This document shows, piece by piece, positions 10,447 to 23,010 of a stretch of 64,000 nt of DNA. The DNA is taken from positions 1 to 64,000 of the forward strand of contig BCKZ01000042.1 of assembly GCA_001600815.1 (NCBI GenBank). Direction: 5' to 3'. Made by a program: the position numbers and the translations under genes. Position 1 is the first letter of the stretch. Each line of letters begins with the position of its first letter. The notes under the pieces were generated by a model. It was not told the origin of the DNA, did not search any database, and worked only from the letters and a program-made list of their open reading frames with translations. This stretch comes from Alloascoidea hylecoeti. Its lineage: Eukaryota.

Positions 10447-13400
10447 ATGTCGCAGTATCCTGCTGGTAATAGCCAGGACAATTATGGCCAACAAAACAAT
10501 AATCAATATTATGACCAATATCAACAACAAGGCCAAGGTCAAGGCCAAGGTCAAGGTCAAGATCAATATTATCAAAATCAATATGGTGATCAAAATTATT
10601 ATCAACAAGGCCAAGCTGATGATCCTCAGGGTGGTCAATATTATCCACAAGATGCTTATAATCAGGGTTATGATGCCCAGGGACAACCTCAACCTGGTAA
10701 CCGGGGCAATGAAGATGAATCCTTTTCGGATTTCACCATGAGAACTGGTCAAGGTGAAAGTGATTATTATGCTCAAAATGATGGTTATGGTCAAAGTGAA
10801 TATAGTCCAGATATGAATGATCCAAGGAATGCTTATGGTGGGCAAACGCCTTCTTCTTTTGCTGGAAACAGGTCTTCAGGTGCTTCAACTCCTCTAGATG
10901 GTATGGATTATAGTGGGTTTGAACAAAGATCTAGAGAACCTTATCCTGCTTGGACTGTTGATAATCAAGTTCCAATTACAAAAGAAGAAATTGAAGATGT
11001 TTTCATTGATTTAGCAAATAAATTTGGTTTTCAAAGAGATAGTATGAGAAATGTTTATGATTATTTTATGGTTTTATTAGATTCTCGTGCTTCAAGAATG
11101 ACTCCAAGTCAAGCTTTATTATCTGTTCACGCTGATTATATTGGTGGTGATAATGCAAATTATAGAAAATGGTATTTTGCTGCTCAATTAGATATGGATG
11201 AACAAGTTGGTTTTTCAAATATGAATATTGGTAAATTAGGTAGAAAAGCCCGTAAAGCGAAAAAAAAATCTAAAAAGGCAAAACAAGCAATTGAAAATAA
11301 TCAAGATGATCCTGATAGAGCATTAGCTGATTTAGAAGGTGATAATTCTTTAGATGCTGCTGTTTATAGATGGAAAAGTAAAATGAATAAATTATCTCCA
11401 AAGGAAAGAGTTAGACAAGTCGCTCTTTGGTTATGTTTATGGGGTGAAGCAAATCAAGTTAGATTTGTACCTGAATGTTTAGCATTTATTTATAAATGTG
11501 CTGATGATTATTTCTTGTCAGATGAATGTCAGAATAAACAAGAACCAATGCCTGAAGGTGATTACTTGAATAGAGTTATTACTCCTTTATATCGTTTCAT
11601 TAGAGCTCAAGTTTATGAAATTGTTGAAGGAAAATTCGTTAAAAGAGAAGGTGATCATAATAAAGTTATTGGTTATGATGATGTTAATCAATTATTTTGG
11701 TATCCTGAAGGTATTGGTCGTATTGTTTTTAATGATGGTACAAGATTAGTTGATATTCCACCTGGTGAAAGATTTATAAGACTTGGTGATGTTGAATGGA
11801 AATTAGTTTTTTTTAAAACTTATAAAGAATATAGAACTTGGTTTCATTTACTTACAAATTTTAATCGTATTTGGATTATGCATATTTGTATGTATTGGTT
11901 TTATACTGCTTTTAATGCTCCTTCACTTTATACAAAGAATTATATTCAATTGACAAATACTCAACCAACTCCTTCTTCAAGATGGGCTTCTTGTGCTTTT
12001 GCTGGTACAATTGCTTGTCTTATTCAAATCGGTGCTACTATTTGTGAATGGTGTTTTGTTCCAAGAAAATGGGCTGGTGCTCAACATTTATCAACAAGAT
12101 TAATGCTACTTTTATTATTTTTAATAATTAATCTTGGTCCTGTTGTATTTGTATTTGCTTGGGCCCCATTAAATGTTTATTCAAGAATTGCTCATATTGT
12201 TAGTGTTATTGCATTTTTTATTGCTGTTTTCACTGTTTTGTTTTTTTCAGTTATGCCATTAGGTGGTCTTTTCACTTCATATCTTAATGGTAAAACAAGA
12301 AAATATGTTTCTTCTCAAACTTTTACTGCTTCATTTTGGTCACTTTCTGGTACTGATATGTGGGTTTCATATCTTTTATGGTTAGTTGTTTTAGGAGCTA
12401 AATTTTCAGAATCATATTTCTTTTTAACTTTATCTTTACGTGATCCAATTCGTGATCTTGCAACTACAAAAATGACGCGATGTGTTGGTGAAGTTTGGTT
12501 TGGTACAAAATTATGTTATCATCAATCAACAATTGTTTTAGGTCTTATGATTGTAATTGATTTAATTCTTTTCTTTCTAGATACTTATATGTGGTATATT
12601 ATTGTACAATGTGTTTTTTCAGTTGCTCAATCATTTTATATGGGTATTTCAATCTTAACACCATGGAGAAATATTTTTACAAGATTACCAAAGAGAATTT
12701 ATTCAAAAGTTTTAGCAACAACAAATATGGAAATTAAATATAAACCAAAAGTTTTGATTTCTCAAGTTTGGAATGCTATTGTTATTTCAATGTATAGAGA
12801 ACATTTACTAGCAATTGATCATGTTCAAAAATTATTATATCATCAAGTTCCTTCTGAAGTTGAAGGCAAGAGAACATTAAGAGCTCCAACTTTTTTTGTA
12901 TCACAAGATGATAATAATTTCGAAACCGAATTTTTCCCTAAAAATTCTGAAGCTGAAAGAAGACTTTCATTTTTTGCTCAATCTTTAGCAACTCCTCTAC
13001 CCGAACCATTACCTGTTGATTTAATGCCAACTTTTACTGTTTTTGTTCCTCATTATGGTGAAAAGATTTTACTTTCTCTAAGAGAAATTATTAGAGAAGA
13101 TGATCAATTTTCAAGAGTTACTGTTTTGGAATATTTAAAACAATTATATCCTGTTGAATGGGATTGTTTTGTTAAAGATACTAAGATTTTAGCTGAAGAA
13201 ACTGCTGCTTTTAATGAAGGTTCAGAAGATGAAAAAGAAGATGATACTTTAAAAAATAAAATTGATGATTTACCTTTCTATTGTATTGGTTTTAAATCTG
13301 CAGCTCCAGAATATACTTTAAGAACAAGAATTTGGGCATCATTAAGATCACAAACATTATATAGAACGATTTCTGGTTTTATGAATTATTCTCGTGCTAT

Positions 13401-16119
13401 TAAATTATTATATCGTGTTGAAAATCCAGAAATTGTTCAAATGTTTGGTGGTAATACTGAACAATTAGAGCAAGAATTAGAAAGAATGGCAAGAAGAAAA
13501 TTTAAATTTTGTATTTCAATGCAACGTTTAACAAAATTTAAACCTGATGAAAAAGAAAATTGTGAATTTTTAATGCGTGCTTATCCTGATTTACAATTAG
13601 CTTTTCTTGATGAAGAACCTCCTGAGAATGAAGGTGAAGAACCTCGTGTATTTTCTGCTGTTATTGATGGTCATTGTGAATTATTAGAAGATGGTAGAAG
13701 ACGTCCTAAATACAGAGTTCAATTATCTGGTAATCCAATCTTAGGTGATGGTAAATCTGATAATCAAAATCATGCTATTATTTTTACTCGTGGTGAATAT
13801 TTACAATTAGTTGATGCCAATCAAGATAATTATTTAGAAGAATGTTTGAAAATTAGATCTGTTTTAGCTGAATTTGAAGAAATGAATGGTGAATATGTTA
13901 ATCCTTATACTCCTGGTGTTGAAACTGAGGCTGGTCATCCAGTTGCTATTCTTGGTGCTCGTGAATATATTTTCTCTGAAAATATTGGTGTTTTAGGTGA
14001 TATTGCAGCTGGTAAAGAACAAACTTTTGGTACCCTTTTTGCCCGTATTTTGGCTCAAATTGGTGGTAAGTTGCATTATGGTCATCCTGATTTCTTAAAC
14101 GCTACATTCATGATTACAAGAGGTGGTGTTTCAAAAGCTCAGAAAGGTTTGCATTTAAATGAAGATATTTATGCTGGTATGAATGCAATGATGCGTGGTG
14201 GTAGAATTAAACATTGTGAATTCTATCAATGTGGTAAAGGTCGTGATATGGGTTTTGGTTCCATTTTAAATTTCACTACTAAAATTGGTGCTGGTATGGG
14301 TGAGCAAATGTTAGCTCGTGAATATTATTATTTAGGTACTCAACTTCCAATTGATCGTTTCTTATCTTTCTATTATGCTCATCCTGGTTTCCACGTTAAT
14401 AATTTATTTATTATGTTTTCAGTACAATTGTTTGGAGTTGTTTTGGTTAATATTACTGCTTTGGCACATGAATCTATTCTATGTTCTTATGATAAAAATA
14501 CACCAGTTACAGATCCACAGATTCCATATGGTTGTTATAACTTTGTTCCAGTTGTTGATTGGATTAGACGTTACGTTCTATCTATCTTTATTGTTTTCTT
14601 CATTTCTTTTATCCCATTGTTTGTCCAAGAATTAACTGAAAAGGGTGTTTGGAAAGCAGCTAGTAGATTATTACATCATTTTGCTTCAGTTTCACCTATT
14701 TTTGAAGTGTTTGTCTGTCAAATTTATGCAAATGCTTTAACTACTGATATGACTTTTGGTGGTGCTAGATATATTGCTACTGGTCGTGGTATGGCTACAA
14801 CTCGTATTCCATTTTCTGTTTTATATTCACGTTTTGCTTCTACATCAATTTATTCTGGTGCAATTTGTGTAATGTGTTTACTATTTGGTTGTGTTGGTCA
14901 TTGGCAACCAGCTTTACTATGGTTTTGGCTGTCTAATGGAGCTTTATGTATTGCTCCATTCTGTTTCAATCCACATCAATTTGCTCTTACAGATTTCTTC
15001 ATTGATTATAGAGATTTCATTAGATGGTTATCTAGAGGTAATACTAAGTTCCACCAGAACTCTTGGATTGGATTTGTTAGAATGGGTAGAGCAAGAGTTA
15101 CTGGTTTCAAGAAGAAGGTTGTAGGTGATGCATCTGAAAAGGGTCAAGCTGGAAGAAGAGCTCATAGAACAAATGTTATGCTTGCTGATTTTATGGGATA
15201 TATTATTCCTGCCGCTGGTTGCTTTGTAGCTTTCACTTTTATTAATGCTCAGAATGGTGTTTCAACGAAAACCGAGATGAACTCTACTTTAAGATTAGTT
15301 ATTTGCGCTCTTGGTCCAATTGTTATTGATATGGGTATTGTTGGTATCCTTGGTGGTATTGCTTGTTGTATGGGTCCTTTACTTGGTGTCTGTTGTAAGA
15401 AAACTGCTGCTGTCACTGCAGGTATTGCTCATGGTATTGGTGTGTTTATTCATCTTATTTTCTTTGTTGTCATGTGGTTCTTTGAAGGTTTCAGCTTCAC
15501 AAAATTGTTAGTTGGTATGTGTGCCGTTGTAACTCTTCAACAGTTCTTTTTGGCAATGATTGAGTTGATCTTCTTGACAAGAGAATTTAAGAATGATCAT
15601 GCTAATAGAGCTTGGTGGTCTGGTAAATGGTATAACACTGGTATGGGATGGAGAGCTATGACTCAACCATTCCGTGAATTTGTTTGTAAATTTGCCGAAA
15701 ATAGTTATTTTGCTGGTGATTTTACCCTTGGACACATTTTACTTTTCTGCCATTTACCATTGTTATGTGTTCCTTATATGGACAAATGGCATTCTGCAGG
15801 TTTGTTTTGGTTAAAACCAAGTAGACAAATTAGACCACCAATTTTCTCAATGAAACAAAATAAATTAAGAAAGCGTATGGTTAGAAAATATGCTACTTTA
15901 TATTTTATTGTTTTAATATTCTTCTTAATCTTACTCATTGCTCCTGCTGTTGCCGGAAAAATGATTGATACTGATTCACTCTCAGATAAGTTACCATCTT
16001 TTGCTGATGGTTTAATTCAACCAGCGAATCAAGATAACAATGATACTGGTCCTGAAAACTGTCCATCAACATTTTTGACAACTACACCTTCAACTTCTTC
16101 TTATGCTACTAAACCTTAG
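10447..16119 (+). CDS. FKS1: 1,3-beta-glucan synthase catalytic subunit (GT48), 1890 aa
   Basis: Q/Y/G-rich N-terminus; [31 protein letters not shown] and HYGHPD motifs; hot spots FLTLSLRDP and DWIRRYVL. Confidence 0.98.
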   Translation: MSQYPAGNSQDNYGQQNNNQYYDQYQQQGQGQGQGQGQDQYYQNQYGDQNYYQQGQADDPQGGQYYPQDAYNQGYDAQGQPQPGNRGNEDESFSDFTMRTGQGESDYYAQNDGYGQSEYSPDMNDPRNAYGGQTPSSFAGNRSSGASTPLDGMDYSGFEQRSREPYPAWTVDNQVPITKEEIEDVFIDLANKFGFQRDSMRNVYDYFMVLLDSRASRMTPSQALLSVHADYIGGDNANYRKWYFAAQLDMDEQVGFSNMNIGKLGRKARKAKKKSKKAKQAIENNQDDPDRALADLEGDNSLDAAVYRWKSKMNKLSPKERVRQVALWLCLWGEANQVRFVPECLAFIYKCADDYFLSDECQNKQEPMPEGDYLNRVITPLYRFIRAQVYEIVEGKFVKREGDHNKVIGYDDVNQLFWYPEGIGRIVFNDGTRLVDIPPGERFIRLGDVEWKLVFFKTYKEYRTWFHLLTNFNRIWIMHICMYWFYTAFNAPSLYTKNYIQLTNTQPTPSSRWASCAFAGTIACLIQIGATICEWCFVPRKWAGAQHLSTRLMLLLLFLIINLGPVVFVFAWAPLNVYSRIAHIVSVIAFFIAVFTVLFFSVMPLGGLFTSYLNGKTRKYVSSQTFTASFWSLSGTDMWVSYLLWLVVLGAKFSESYFFLTLSLRDPIRDLATTKMTRCVGEVWFGTKLCYHQSTIVLGLMIVIDLILFFLDTYMWYIIVQCVFSVAQSFYMGISILTPWRNIFTRLPKRIYSKVLATTNMEIKYKPKVLISQVWNAIVISMYREHLLAIDHVQKLLYHQVPSEVEGKRTLRAPTFFVSQDDNNFETEFFPKNSEAERRLSFFAQSLATPLPEPLPVDLMPTFTVFVPHYGEKILLSLREIIREDDQFSRVTVLEYLKQLYPVEWDCFVKDTKILAEETAAFNEGSEDEKEDDTLKNKIDDLPFYCIGFKSAAPEYTLRTRIWASLRSQTLYRTISGFMNYSRAIKLLYRVENPEIVQMFGGNTEQLEQELERMARRKFKFCISMQRLTKFKPDEKENCEFLMRAYPDLQLAFLDEEPPENEGEEPRVFSAVIDGHCELLEDGRRRPKYRVQLSGNPILGDGKSDNQNHAIIFTRGEYLQLVDANQDNYLEECLKIRSVLAEFEEMNGEYVNPYTPGVETEAGHPVAILGAREYIFSENIGVLGDIAAGKEQTFGTLFARILAQIGGKLHYGHPDFLNATFMITRGGVSKAQKGLHLNEDIYAGMNAMMRGGRIKHCEFYQCGKGRDMGFGSILNFTTKIGAGMGEQMLAREYYYLGTQLPIDRFLSFYYAHPGFHVNNLFIMFSVQLFGVVLVNITALAHESILCSYDKNTPVTDPQIPYGCYNFVPVVDWIRRYVLSIFIVFFISFIPLFVQELTEKGVWKAASRLLHHFASVSPIFEVFVCQIYANALTTDMTFGGARYIATGRGMATTRIPFSVLYSRFASTSIYSGAICVMCLLFGCVGHWQPALLWFWLSNGALCIAPFCFNPHQFALTDFFIDYRDFIRWLSRGNTKFHQNSWIGFVRMGRARVTGFKKKVVGDASEKGQAGRRAHRTNVMLADFMGYIIPAAGCFVAFTFINAQNGVSTKTEMNSTLRLVICALGPIVIDMGIVGILGGIACCMGPLLGVCCKKTAAVTAGIAHGIGVFIHLIFFVVMWFFEGFSFTKLLVGMCAVVTLQQFFLAMIELIFLTREFKNDHANRAWWSGKWYNTGMGWRAMTQPFREFVCKFAENSYFAGDFTLGHILLFCHLPLLCVPYMDKWHSAGLFWLKPSRQIRPPIFSMKQNKLRKRMVRKYATLYFIVLIFFLILLIAPAVAGKMIDTDSLSDKLPSFADGLIQPANQDNNDTGPENCPSTFLTTTPSTSSYATKP

Positions 16120-16866
16120 AAAATTTAAGAAGAATAAAAGTTTAAAGAAAAGGTAATTAATTAGTCATTATTATTAGATATTTTGATTAAACTAAAAATT
16201 TATTAGAAAAAAAAGAAAAAAAAACATAAGGAGAAATGAAATTGAATTATAAATGATTACTCTTACGCAATGCATTTACCTTTATATATATATAGATCTT
16301 TAACTACATATTATATTTTATATAACATTTTATATTTTGATATTGAATTTGAATTTTGATTTTGTGATTTCGGAGGAATAGCAATATTTTAAAGTTTCCA
16401 GTACTATAGTAGATCCAGATTCCAGACTCTAGAGTAGATTTAATTAAATATCCATGATCGTGAATTCATGACAAAAGTGTTGATATCAGCTGATTATACA
16501 GAGCAATTTATATCGGCTTTGCTATAATTGTAAAAGTCTGTTCGGTATTTAATAGCAAAATGGTTTTGTAGTTAACAAATAAACATACACTTTGTGTGTA
16601 ATTCTCAGAATTACAGCATATTTTATAAGACATTGTGGCCTTCTTCTCCAGAAGCACACAGCGCAGCAGCATCAGGAGAAAAAAAGGTCCATATCATTAC
16701 ACTAGTACTGTTTTTGATACTTGACCCCCAGTGTATTCCACTAAGCTCATCCAGGCAATATAACTACTTGATTTTGGTTCATTCCATTATTGAAACCTAT
16801 AATTAAGACTCTTTACAGAAATCTTTGTATTTGCTAATCTTATAATTAATTTTATTTTAATCAAAA

Positions 16867-18681
16867 ATGAGCACAGTTAAGACACAATTTTTTGCCAGAC
16901 AACCACAGGCCATTTCGTTGACTCATGGAAGCCCCGATTATACAGCCGTAGAAGGGTTTTCTACTCCAACTGAAGAAATCAGATCAGCAAAGTATTCCAA
17001 TAATGGCAAATATTTTGCATACATTTTGAATAATGGTGTCCAAGTTGTGGATGGAGAATCAGGACAAAACCTTCAATTTCTACAAGTACCTAATAACATA
17101 ACGGTAGATATGAGTTTTTCGCCCCTCGGTTCATTTCTTCAGACATGGGAGAGACCAATTAAGGATCCCGAGACTGGAAATTGGTCCAAAAATTTAAAGA
17201 TTTGGGAGGTTAAAACTGGTTCAGTAATTGCTGAATTTAGTCAAAAGAATCAAGCTGCTTGGCAACTTCAATTTACTGGTGATGAGAAATATGCTGCCCA
17301 TTTGACAACAAATGAGATTCATTTTTATGATAGTAGTAATTTCAAAGCAAGATGGAATAAATTGAGAATTGAGAACTGTACAAGTTTTTCTCTTAGTCCT
17401 GGTCGTAACTACTCAGTTGCTGCGTTTGTGCCAGAAAAAGGTGGTAAGCCTGCTTTTGTTAGGATATACACTATTCCAAATTTCAACCAACCTGTCTCAC
17501 AAAAAACTTTTTTCAAAGCTGAAACAGCTCAACTTACTTGGAATAAATTGGGAACCTCTTTATTAGTATTAGCTCAAATGGCTGTGGACTCAACTAACAA
17601 GAATTACTATGGTGAAACAACCTTATACTTATTAGGTATTGCTGGTAGTTATGAATCCAGAATCAGTTTAGATAAAGAGGGACCCATTCATGATGTTGCT
17701 TGGTCTCCAAACTCACGAGAATTTGGTGTCGTGTATGGATATATTCCTTCTAAAGCCTCAATTTTCGATGCCAGAGGTAATCTTATTCATACTTTACCTC
17801 TTGCCCCAAAAAACACCATATTATTTTCTCCAAATGCACGTTTTGTGCTTGTTGCTGGTTTTGGGAATTTACAAGGTCAGGTCGATATTTATGATCGTGA
17901 ACAAAAATTTAAACTTGTTAGTTCTTTTGAAGCGTCTAATACTAGTGTTTGTGAATGGAGCCCCTGTGGTAAATTTATCTTAACCGCAACTACTAGTCCT
18001 AGACTCCGTGTTGATAATAGTATTCATGTTTGGCATTATACTGGGAAATTGATGTTTTGGCAAGAATTTAAGGAATTGTTTGGTGTTGGATGGAGACCAC
18101 AAGATCCAGCATTATTTCCTTCTAAATCTTTAGATACTGCTCCTGAACCACATCCATCTGCTGCTCTCTCAAAAGTATCTGTTGCAAAACCAAAAACCGC
18201 TGGTGCTTATAGGCCACCACATGCTAGAGGAAGTGGTGCTGTCGCTAGCAAACCTCTTTATATGATGGAAAGTAAAGGGTTTGGAGCTCCTGGTGCTGGA
18301 ACACGTCCACCAAGAACTGTTCCTGGTGCTGCTCCAGTAGAGGAGCCGTTGTCGAAGAATGCATCACGGAATAAGAAGAAAAGGGAAGCCCGAAAGGCTA
18401 AGGAAGCTCAAGAACAAAACAATAGCAGTGGAAATGATAGTAATAATAGCATTAACAATCGATCAAGTACTCCAAACCAACAAACTTTAGCACCCGCTGG
18501 TCAAAGTTTTGAGGCTAAGAAAATCAGATCGTTGGTTAAAAAGCTACGTGCTATTCAAGGGTTAAAGAAGAGAGAAAATGAAGGAGAAACTCTTGAAGAA
18601 ACTCAAATTTTGAAAATTAAGACTGAAGATGCAGTCAGAAAAGATTTGATTAGTTTAGGATGGGTTGAAACCGATCTTTAG
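16867..18681 (+). CDS. Translation initiation factor eIF2A (YGR054W ortholog), 604 aa
   Basis: WD-type propeller with NYYGETTLY, GPIHDVAWSP, AGFGNLQG, TATTSPRLRVDN and AYRPPHARG; C-terminal KKIRSLVKKLRAI. Confidence 0.95.
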   Translation: MSTVKTQFFARQPQAISLTHGSPDYTAVEGFSTPTEEIRSAKYSNNGKYFAYILNNGVQVVDGESGQNLQFLQVPNNITVDMSFSPLGSFLQTWERPIKDPETGNWSKNLKIWEVKTGSVIAEFSQKNQAAWQLQFTGDEKYAAHLTTNEIHFYDSSNFKARWNKLRIENCTSFSLSPGRNYSVAAFVPEKGGKPAFVRIYTIPNFNQPVSQKTFFKAETAQLTWNKLGTSLLVLAQMAVDSTNKNYYGETTLYLLGIAGSYESRISLDKEGPIHDVAWSPNSREFGVVYGYIPSKASIFDARGNLIHTLPLAPKNTILFSPNARFVLVAGFGNLQGQVDIYDREQKFKLVSSFEASNTSVCEWSPCGKFILTATTSPRLRVDNSIHVWHYTGKLMFWQEFKELFGVGWRPQDPALFPSKSLDTAPEPHPSAALSKVSVAKPKTAGAYRPPHARGSGAVASKPLYMMESKGFGAPGAGTRPPRTVPGAAPVEEPLSKNASRNKKKREARKAKEAQEQNNSSGNDSNNSINNRSSTPNQQTLAPAGQSFEAKKIRSLVKKLRAIQGLKKRENEGETLEETQILKIKTEDAVRKDLISLGWVETDL

Positions 18682-18830
18682 TTATATTGTGTGTAGTGAA
18701 AATATTACCCCTGTGAATAATTATAGCTATATCTTACATCTGTTATATTCAGTGCTTCATTTATATCCGGATGCATATCCCATTTATATTTCGAATGGTC
18801 AAAAAGAGTGTTTAAACCGATAATTTACAC

Positions 18831-18882
18831 AGTGGCTGAATATTTAGTGCATCATATGGCCGAACTTTAGTTCCTACCTGCA
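18831..18882 (-). repeat. Distant copy of the ~23-bp repeat/terminal family
   Basis: The reverse complement TGCAGGTAGGAACTAAAG-TTCGGCCATATGATGCACTAAATA-TTCAGCCACT matches unit 5411-5432 and the CAGG start at 5244. Confidence 0.55.
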
Positions 18883-19360
18883 TGTTTCTCCCAAAAAAGG
18901 TAAACAAATTGAAGTTAAGAGTTATTCCAGGAAGCATGTAGTAAAGCTTAAGAAAGGATATTTAATGAGATGAAATGTATTTTTGTTGATCTTAAGGAGA
19001 TATGCATTATTATTAGCCTCATATTAATGAGAATAGTGAAAGCAAGCAATTATATAATTTGTTTCGGCTATCCAAATCATTTGCTGAAAAGAAATCTCTA
19101 TCTGCTTCTTCGATAATTCCAGATTGAATTTCTATTATTTGGTTTCGACAGGATTTTCTTTAAATTCAGTATATCCGTTTTCCCTTAATGGTATTTCTCT
19201 CCAATGATCATTACTTGAATGGATTTATTAAACTAGCACTCCTTCTGTTTAGCGATTATATCCCAACTTCAATAAATTTTATGGTGGATAATAGCTAATG
19301 TGGTTGAAAGAATAAATTTAAATATAAAAAAGAACAACTATATCCCGTAAAAGACTACCC

Positions 19361-19900
19361 CTACCCCCTCGCGCTTCGGGGTCCCTCTGAATCCTCCTCA
19401 AGATAACGTTTTAATTCCTTCTCACATTCTAGACAACACTTCAATGCTTTCTTCTGTAGCTATTCATGTTTTGATAATTATAACAGGAATGTGGAACTTG
19501 ATGACCATTACGATCGTCACAGTTCCATTCTGTTCCATCTTGAGAGATACTGACTTGCACCCAAATGGTTACTGTAATCTATCTGATTTCAGTCTTTCGA
19601 TAGATAAGGCAATTCTGATGCTTTTGAGTATCAATTTCCCAACTAATTTTTCCACATTTTTACCCAGAAGATTTAACAAAATATATGGAATAATTTTGGG
19701 AATAATGCTTTCTATTTCCAATGCTGCTTTAGTTTTCATCCACATCCATTGGCTTGCAAAAGCTCCAAAAGAATTGTTCCTTGAAATCCCTGTGAATAAT
19801 AATTCTTTCGTCAATTCCATCTGTGAATTCATCAGCTTTCTTTTCATATACATCAATATGCTACCATACTTCATTATATCGCAAAAAATGTTATCCATCC
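19361..19900 (-). pseudogene. Decayed ORF with Cys/His-rich end, probable transposon remnant
   Basis: Broken reading frames give ...WNCDDRNGHQVPHSCY... and KCCLECEKELKRYLEEDSEGPRSARG*, with multiple stops. Confidence 0.3.
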
Positions 19901-20239
19901 ATTATTCCTAATTATTTATCGAATAATCAATGTAACAATTGTACTCATTATACCTTTATTTGATAATTTAGTTCAAGTTATTCTAATTTTAATTTCGAAA
20001 TATCTACAACTATCAGTTAACAATTGTAATATATTTGAATGTAATATTCTTCCCAATACATTGGCAATTTGAGTGGGTAACCATTTAGTATATTTACAGA
20101 ACAGCTTAACATTAAGGCTTTCTGATTCTTGATAATATCATAAGGCTTATAAATATGCACGAAGTGAATAAGTTATAAAACTATAGGGCCTTAAATGTGT
20201 TATCCCCAGGAGTATGTGAACATCAAGTTTAAAACTGTT

Positions 20240-20950
20240 CTAAGAGTTAATACTGCCGAAATTGGAACAGTGGGAATTAAACAAATATGGAAAGAGCATT
20301 TTGTCTGATAAGTTTGAAGAAGATATCAGTATTAGGATTGACGACCTATAGAATAAGTTTGATGGAATTCTGGAAATGCTAACAAAACTTGAAGAGGGGA
20401 TTCTGAGAAAGGTCAATTTCCTTTGGGAATGACACAAGAAGAATACTCAAGAAAATTTATGCGCCTAACAATGGATATGACAGCAGATGAAATTCATTTT
20501 TTTTTCTGTTTAAAGATCAGGCTAATGACCTATTTGAAAACTTCAGTATACTTTCGGGTAGTGCTTTAGCCTATAGAGAGTATCAGAGACGGGGAACACT
20601 ATCTAGCCACTCAGATCGACGAATTCGAATATGTTGAGATAACAAATTAAGACAACCAAATCAAATTTATACAATAATCTAGTCGAGGAATTAGAAGAAG
20701 CTATTCTGTTTCAGTTACAAACGAAACGAAATGAAGATGATCATGATATTGAAACCCCATCAGATCCAAATCATAAAAAATATTATACCAAACAACATCA
20801 CAAAAGAGACTTTGTGCTGCTATAAATAATTTCAATGAAAATGGCTGACCATGGATTAATGATGATCCTGAAAATTCAGAGGAATATAAGTTAAAGGATG
20901 ACACTTATGATCAAAATGGTTATATTAGGTATCTGCAGTATATGATTCAG
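20240..20950 (+). pseudogene. Decayed ORF, possibly gag-like retroelement remnant
   Basis: Coding-like, stop- and frameshift-riddled sequence including GMTQEEYSRKFMRL, which loosely resembles the Ty3/gypsy capsid EY...F..L motif. Confidence 0.25.
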
Positions 20951-23010
20951 GATAAAAAACAAGCCAAGATCAATTGTTTACCAACGATTATTTCAGTTAT
21001 CACCCATAGTTCATCATACTTTTTATTCCATGAATTAAAGAAAAGTTTAAAAATAAATAATATGATTGTATGTTTAGCTTTTATATTCCGCATTATATTT
21101 GATTTCAATTACAGAAAAATGATTATAAGTAGAAATCTTATATCGTTGAAATAATGGCGAGCTCCTTCCATTCCAAATATTCTAATATGCTTGGAAAGAC
21201 AATCTATTAACCTTATTCTTTCGACTCTACTAACCTCTAATTGTATGTATTCATTTAACTGTTCAATATCTCTTCCTTTTTGCAAAATATAAAATTAAAT
21301 AAGATATACTCAGGCTCGGAAACAAAAGTGGTGTATCTCAAATGAATGTGATTATAATAATATTAACTAATTTGATTTTTCCAAATTTTAAATATCAGTG
21401 AATTCGAAGTTTAATTGCAATATATGGTAAAATTTCATGTAGAAAAGATATTAAAAGTTTGAAATTCTTTATTTTTAACTACTATTACCTACAATAAAAT
21501 TCAGTATTACAATTTGTATTTTACTATACTCAATTACCGAATAAGTTGCTAATTATAAGGCATGAAAACAAGATACTGAAGGTATTTAAGACTAATAAAT
21601 GTTATAAAAAGATACGAGGGAGTTAACGCTGTTAAGAATCTTTTCGTTTTTCATTCTTTTATAATGCTATTCTCTTTTTTTTTTTGGAATTGATTAAAAA
21701 AAGCCAATGAACTTTCAAGCATTGCGTGTATACTTAAAGAAGACATCATCATCAGCTTTTAAATATATTTAACTGCATCCATTCTATATAAAATTAATTA
21801 TAATCTATAAATGGAAAGAAATTCTATATGTTTAGCTAGCTAGCTATAAGTATACATATATCATTCTTAATATTAATTATTTCTGTAATAGAACCCTTCA
21901 CATCTTCAGTTTAATTTTCACATAAAACCAATTGATGTGTAAAGTTGAATATTGAAAATTAGTAATTCTATCATCATTTAACAGAATTATTAAATAAATC
22001 AATATCATTTCTAATATTAACGGTATAAGCCGTTATGTTATTGATTTCAAATTCGGTCGGAAACGCAACAACGGTTATTATTATAACCTCATCATAGATT
22101 AAAATTACTTAAAGTGTCAAATTCTGCATTTTACTTTTCAACTGCCTTGAGCTTTTACTGCAAAAACATCCATCATTTTTTAACCTACACCTATTTTAAT
22201 TATTTTCTTTATGTATTTTTACCAAACAAACCTCCATTAATGATTCTAAGATTCTAAGAATATGAATATTTCTGATGATCATTGCAATTGCAACTGAATT
22301 TCCAGTTTTTTATTCTAATGAGTTTACCCCAGTTTGTATGACCATCGATCTACGTATAAAAATCTTTCAGGTTTATCGGAAGAATCATTCGGATTCCGAA
22401 AGAGTTAGCATTGTTTAAGCTTGATGATCTAAAATATTCAACGTTGAGAATAAAAATATAGAGATAGCCGTATACGAGTTTTAAGATGCCTGGAGTGCAG
22501 GAACGCACTTACATTATGCTTAGTGTTGTGTTGCCGAAAGCAGGATAAGGTTCAAGTTCAACTCTTTCCCAACACATCCTTTTCTACTAATTATTACTAA
22601 AGATTTCACATTCACACAGTTTTGCAATTGGGGAATTCGGGATTTAAATGTGGTTTGCGTGTCCTGAAACCCGAAAAAACAGAGATCCGGAAAGCAGCCA
22701 ACCACAAACGAGATATACCGCGATTTTTGTACCAGACGCCACGGGTCTTTTCCAGAAGTTTTGTATTTAATTTGACGATCGGCCAGATAACTAGCACAGC
22801 CCGATTAGGAAGGCTACCGTCCGCAATGGCAGTCACGCAGTTATATTTTTCACTGATACTGGTTATTATCGACTGTGTGTGCCTTTTTTACAAAACCTTC
22901 TTCTTTTCCCATTTTCCGGCTGCTGTTCCTACCCTTCTGTATCTATTGATGCCCAAAGCTTTTCTAATATATCTATAAATCAATATCAATCGATATCTTA
23001 ATACACAAAA

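Noticed and set aside
10387..10845. 152-aa hydrophobic antisense ORF and other overlapping ORFs within FKS1, LPD1, SGD1, VRP1, PDC and TOM1
   Set aside because: These are shadow frames produced by codon bias and low-complexity sequence in the real genes.
16636..16740. Two hairpins with an H-box-like ATATCA upstream of eIF2A (H/ACA snoRNA?)
   Set aside because: No ACA box follows the second hairpin and no guide target was found. The region also holds a PAC-like GCTCATC, consistent with a promoter.
22050..22072. GGTCGGAAACG resembling SRP RNA helix 8
   Set aside because: The flanking CAGG/AGCA residues are absent, and there is no larger SRP fold.
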